From the NCBI GenBank assembly GCA_037305845.1, contig CP147778.1, positions 3,040,001 through 3,104,000 of the forward strand: a stretch of 64,000 nucleotides of DNA. Reading direction: 5' to 3'. This DNA comes from Candidatus Freyarchaeum deiterrae (GTDB lineage: Archaea; Asgardarchaeota; Jordiarchaeia; Jordiarchaeales; Jordiarchaeaceae). The notes below the pieces were generated by a model that saw only the letters and a program-made list of their open reading frames with translations, had not been told where the DNA came from and did no database searches. The translations under genes and the position numbers were made by a program. Shown here piece by piece: positions 61,257 to 64,000 of the stretch (the first letter of the stretch is position 1; the number at the start of each line of letters is the position of its first letter).

Positions 61257-61570
61257 AACTCCATTTTATAATTTTTATAATAGTCTTTACCTAGACCGTA
61301 TTTCAATGAGACTTCGCCAATCTCGTTAAGCCCTCTCCAGGTTATCTTTGCAAGCTTTATTTTATCCTTCTCTTTGTACAAGTTTACGAGTTTTTGATTC
61401 TCCAGCGATTCCAATATTGCACTCAACTCTTTTTTTAGCCCCAATAATTTTTGCAATTTTGTAACTTCAACGTGTAATCCTTGGGTATATTCAAATTCCT
61501 TAGCTAGAATTTGTAAGACTTTGAATTCCAAATCATCTAACAAAAAGAAGCCTCCAATTCTCCTTTTCAA
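61253..61570 (-). CDS. Small winged-helix-like protein
   Basis: LESLENQKLV...KITWRG pattern; overlaps the acyl-CoA dehydrogenase start (GTGA). Confidence 0.6.
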   Translation of the reverse strand: MKRRIGGFFLLDDLEFKVLQILAKEFEYTQGLHVEVTKLQKLLGLKKELSAILESLENQKLVNLYKEKDKIKLAKITWRGLNEIGEVSLKYGLGKDYYKNYKMEL

Positions 61571-61700
61571 TCTTTAAACGAATGTTTTACTTACTTGTAT
61601 GCAATTAGCTCTTGCTTTTTATTTCTGTTTTATGGAAGAACAAATCCAAATTGCAATACACTAAAATAAAGATTTTATCCATAAAATTTGCCGCCGAAAA

Positions 61701-61737
61701 CCCCGCCCCCTTCCCCTTAGACTCCAACCCCCACCCC
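61701..61737 (-). other. Potential G-quadruplex
   Basis: Minus strand GGGG-T-GGGGG-N11-GGGG-AA-GGGGG-C-GGGG in an AT-rich intergenic region. Confidence 0.5.
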
Positions 61738-61956
61738 TATATAGTGTTGGTGCTGCGTGTGCTTTTGTTAAGCTACTGAAAGGAGTCTTTTCACTAGTTG
61801 GCCTGTTCTGCTTGACTATTTTTTCGCTTTGAATAGTGTTTTGGTTTATTATTCTCTTAATGGTGTCTCTAGTGTTTGGACTGATGTGGGGGATTAAAAC
61901 TAGATTTTCTAACTTGAGTGTATTATTGGTGAAACTTTTTGCTGTGGCAGGCTTCT

Positions 61957-62970
61957 CTAGACTATGAGACTGCTAATTCCTTTTAGCACTTTTTCCGCTT
62001 CACTAGTTATTCTCTCAATGATTTCTTTTACGGTGGGTATATCTTTTACGCCGCCACAGGACTCACCGCATAGAACTGGTCCCTTTATGACATCTCCTTG
62101 ATATACAAGCTCGTATTTCTTCTGGTCCTCTATTAATTTCTGAAAGTCAATAGATTGCTCCAAGGATATTTTTTCATCTTTAGTCATGATTGTGTTATGC
62201 TCTTCGGTGTACTCGTTTTTCAAAAGCCTGATGGGACCTAACATGCCTTGGGTGACAACGGTATCGGCATCCTTTGAACGCACAACAAAGTTCTTATAGT
62301 TCTCGTGGAAATCGCACTCTTTCGTCGCAATGAAACGTGTGCCCATCTGAATGCCCGCTGCTCCCATAGCTAGCGCACCAGCTAATCCCCGACCGTTGAA
62401 GAATCCTCCACAAGCGATGACAGGCTTCTTACAGAGGTTGGTCGCCTCTGGAATCAAAACAGAAGAATTGACCCCTTCGTAACTTTGATGTCCGCCTCCT
62501 TCGAAGCCTGTGCATATTATGCCATCGCATAGTTCGTCTACTTTCATGGCGTGGTATAATGTGGGGGCCACGTGGAAGTGTATTAGGGTTGGATCTTCTT
62601 TTTTGAATTGAGTGGCGGGGGGTTTAGGGTTGCCGGCTGATGTGATTACGACTTTTAAGCGTTCTTTAAGTTCTGGGTCTTCCTTTCTTAATCTTATAAT
62701 AAGCTTTTGTAATTCAGGGGCGTCTATTTGAAGTCTTGCGACTCTTATGTTTACTCCGAATGGGCCTTTAGAGTTTTGTTTTACCCACTTGATGTTCTCT
62801 TCCATTTCCTTTACTGAGTCTTTGTTGAATAGGTTGGTGTGAGAGATTATTCCTAACCCTCCGGCGTTGGTTACCGCTGCGGCTAGTTTTGTAGTGTAGA
62901 ATGGCCCCATGGGAGCCTGTATTATGGGGTATTTTATTCCTAGCATTTCTGTGAGTTTTGTTTTTATTAT
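61957..62970 (-). CDS. Nitronate monooxygenase/FabK-like flavoprotein
   Basis: GIKYPIIQAPMG, EGGGH, MGTRF; the conserved N-terminus extends upstream of ATG 62946 to an ATA at 62970. Confidence 0.88.
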   Translation of the reverse strand: MIKTKLTEMLGIKYPIIQAPMGPFYTTKLAAAVTNAGGLGIISHTNLFNKDSVKEMEENIKWVKQNSKGPFGVNIRVARLQIDAPELQKLIIRLRKEDPELKERLKVVITSAGNPKPPATQFKKEDPTLIHFHVAPTLYHAMKVDELCDGIICTGFEGGGHQSYEGVNSSVLIPEATNLCKKPVIACGGFFNGRGLAGALAMGAAGIQMGTRFIATKECDFHENYKNFVVRSKDADTVVTQGMLGPIRLLKNEYTEEHNTIMTKDEKISLEQSIDFQKLIEDQKKYELVYQGDVIKGPVLCGESCGGVKDIPTVKEIIERITSEAEKVLKGISSLIV

Positions 62971-63083
62971 TTTAATCCCTCCATTTTACGAGTATTGGAG
63001 TTTTTTATTATGAAAAGATTTTTTGGTAAAATCTTAAAACCGTTTTGGATCAGGTTTTGATTTAACAGTTTTTATTGTGAAAG

Positions 63084-64000
63084 TTAAGCTAATTCCCAGT
63101 GTTCTTGATTTTTAAAAATTTTCACTCTTTTCAGTCTTTTCAGTTCCTTTAAATAGTTCCGGTTCGTCATCAGTTCAGAGGCTTCTGCAACCAGCACCGA
63201 ATCTTTGGTGTTATCATCAATTAAATCAATAAAATTACTCAAAAACTCCTTTAAGGTTTCCGAGGTGATTTCGTCGAGAGTCATTTTTTCTTTTTGAGCA
63301 AGTACTGCTAGGATTTTTTCTTGTTTAATCTCAAATCCATCACAAAAACTTTTGAGACTAGCTTCTAAATCAGAAAATACTGGATTCCAGTGCCCGGGAA
63401 AGAGGTATTTGATTTTATGGTTGCGAACAATTCTAATTAATTTGTTAATGGATTTCTTGTAATCATTAATATTTGCGTAATTACCAGACACAACTGGAGT
63501 CCGCCTATTAAAATCAACATCTGCACTAAAAATTATTGAATGATTCGGATAAAACAACGCACAGTGACCTGGCGTATGCCCTGGTATATGAATTACCTTG
63601 AGGTCGCCGGGTAAGGAATCGTTATCGTTAAATTCGTGGTCAGATTTTATGCTGTAAATGTTCCAATTGTCAAAAACACTCTTGATAGTCGGGTTTAAAT
63701 CCAAATCTCGGGAGTCCTCGTTTTTCTCCCGATTTGAAAAATATTCAAGGATCCGATAAAAATCCTTGAACTTTATGCGTGATTTAAAGAATGACATATC
63801 AAACAAGGAATTAATGTTTTTACTCACGTCCTCCAAGAATTCACTATCTGAATGGTGAATATAAACTTCGGATTGTGCCTTTTCTTTCAAATAATTGACC
63901 AATACATAGTGATCGGAATGTGAATGCGTCAGGATAATACTTTTGATGTCTTTAATTTCAACCCTTATCTCTTTTAGAGTTTGTATTAAATTATCTCGGG
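63084..64000 (-). CDS. MBL-fold metallo-hydrolase, 5' end outside the window
   Basis: THSHSDH at about 63910-63930, PGHTPGH, PGH. Confidence 0.88.
   Translation of the reverse strand, partial: RDNLIQTLKEIRVEIKDIKSIILTHSHSDHYVLVNYLKEKAQSEVYIHHSDSEFLEDVSKNINSLFDMSFFKSRIKFKDFYRILEYFSNREKNEDSRDLDLNPTIKSVFDNWNIYSIKSDHEFNDNDSLPGDLKVIHIPGHTPGHCALFYPNHSIIFSADVDFNRRTPVVSGNYANINDYKKSINKLIRIVRNHKIKYLFPGHWNPVFSDLEASLKSFCDGFEIKQEKILAVLAQKEKMTLDEITSETLKEFLSNFIDLIDDNTKDSVLVAEASELMTNRNYLKELKRLKRVKIFKNQEHWELA

Overview
64-kb archaeal chromosomal segment, most likely from an Asgard archaeon. This is inferred from a Rab-like small GTPase, three V4R-like paralogs, an SCP2 protein, many TPR genes and archaeal BRE/TATA promoters; it cannot be confirmed without a search. 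No rRNA, canonical tRNA or CRISPR array was found. Metabolic content: NAD salvage and biosynthesis (pncB, nrtR with candidate GT-N7-AC operators, nadB), a LeuB/C/D-like trio, and a large acyl-CoA/lipid-degradation region (43-64 kb). The most unusual features are: (1) three tandem TPR-only genes (12.9-17.6 kb) whose non-coding spacers are nearly identical while the coding repeats are shuffled, with hypervariable ligand-face codons and one variable insert each, plus a Ser/Thr kinase carrying 19 near-identical TPRs and decayed TPR and HEAT relics nearby, which together resemble a diversifying receptor locus; (2) a ~6-kb unit (31.1-37.1 kb) with IS5/IS903-like inverted repeats, an unrecognised ~175-nt multi-stem structured RNA, a mosaic 1733-aa surface protein, an IS110 transposase relic and a second copy of the element end; (3) an ~90-nt G-U-rich hairpin downstream of a secreted lipase gene; (4) an acyl-CoA synthetase fused to a fragment of an FAD-oxidase domain, and a split DUF4139-like gene pair.
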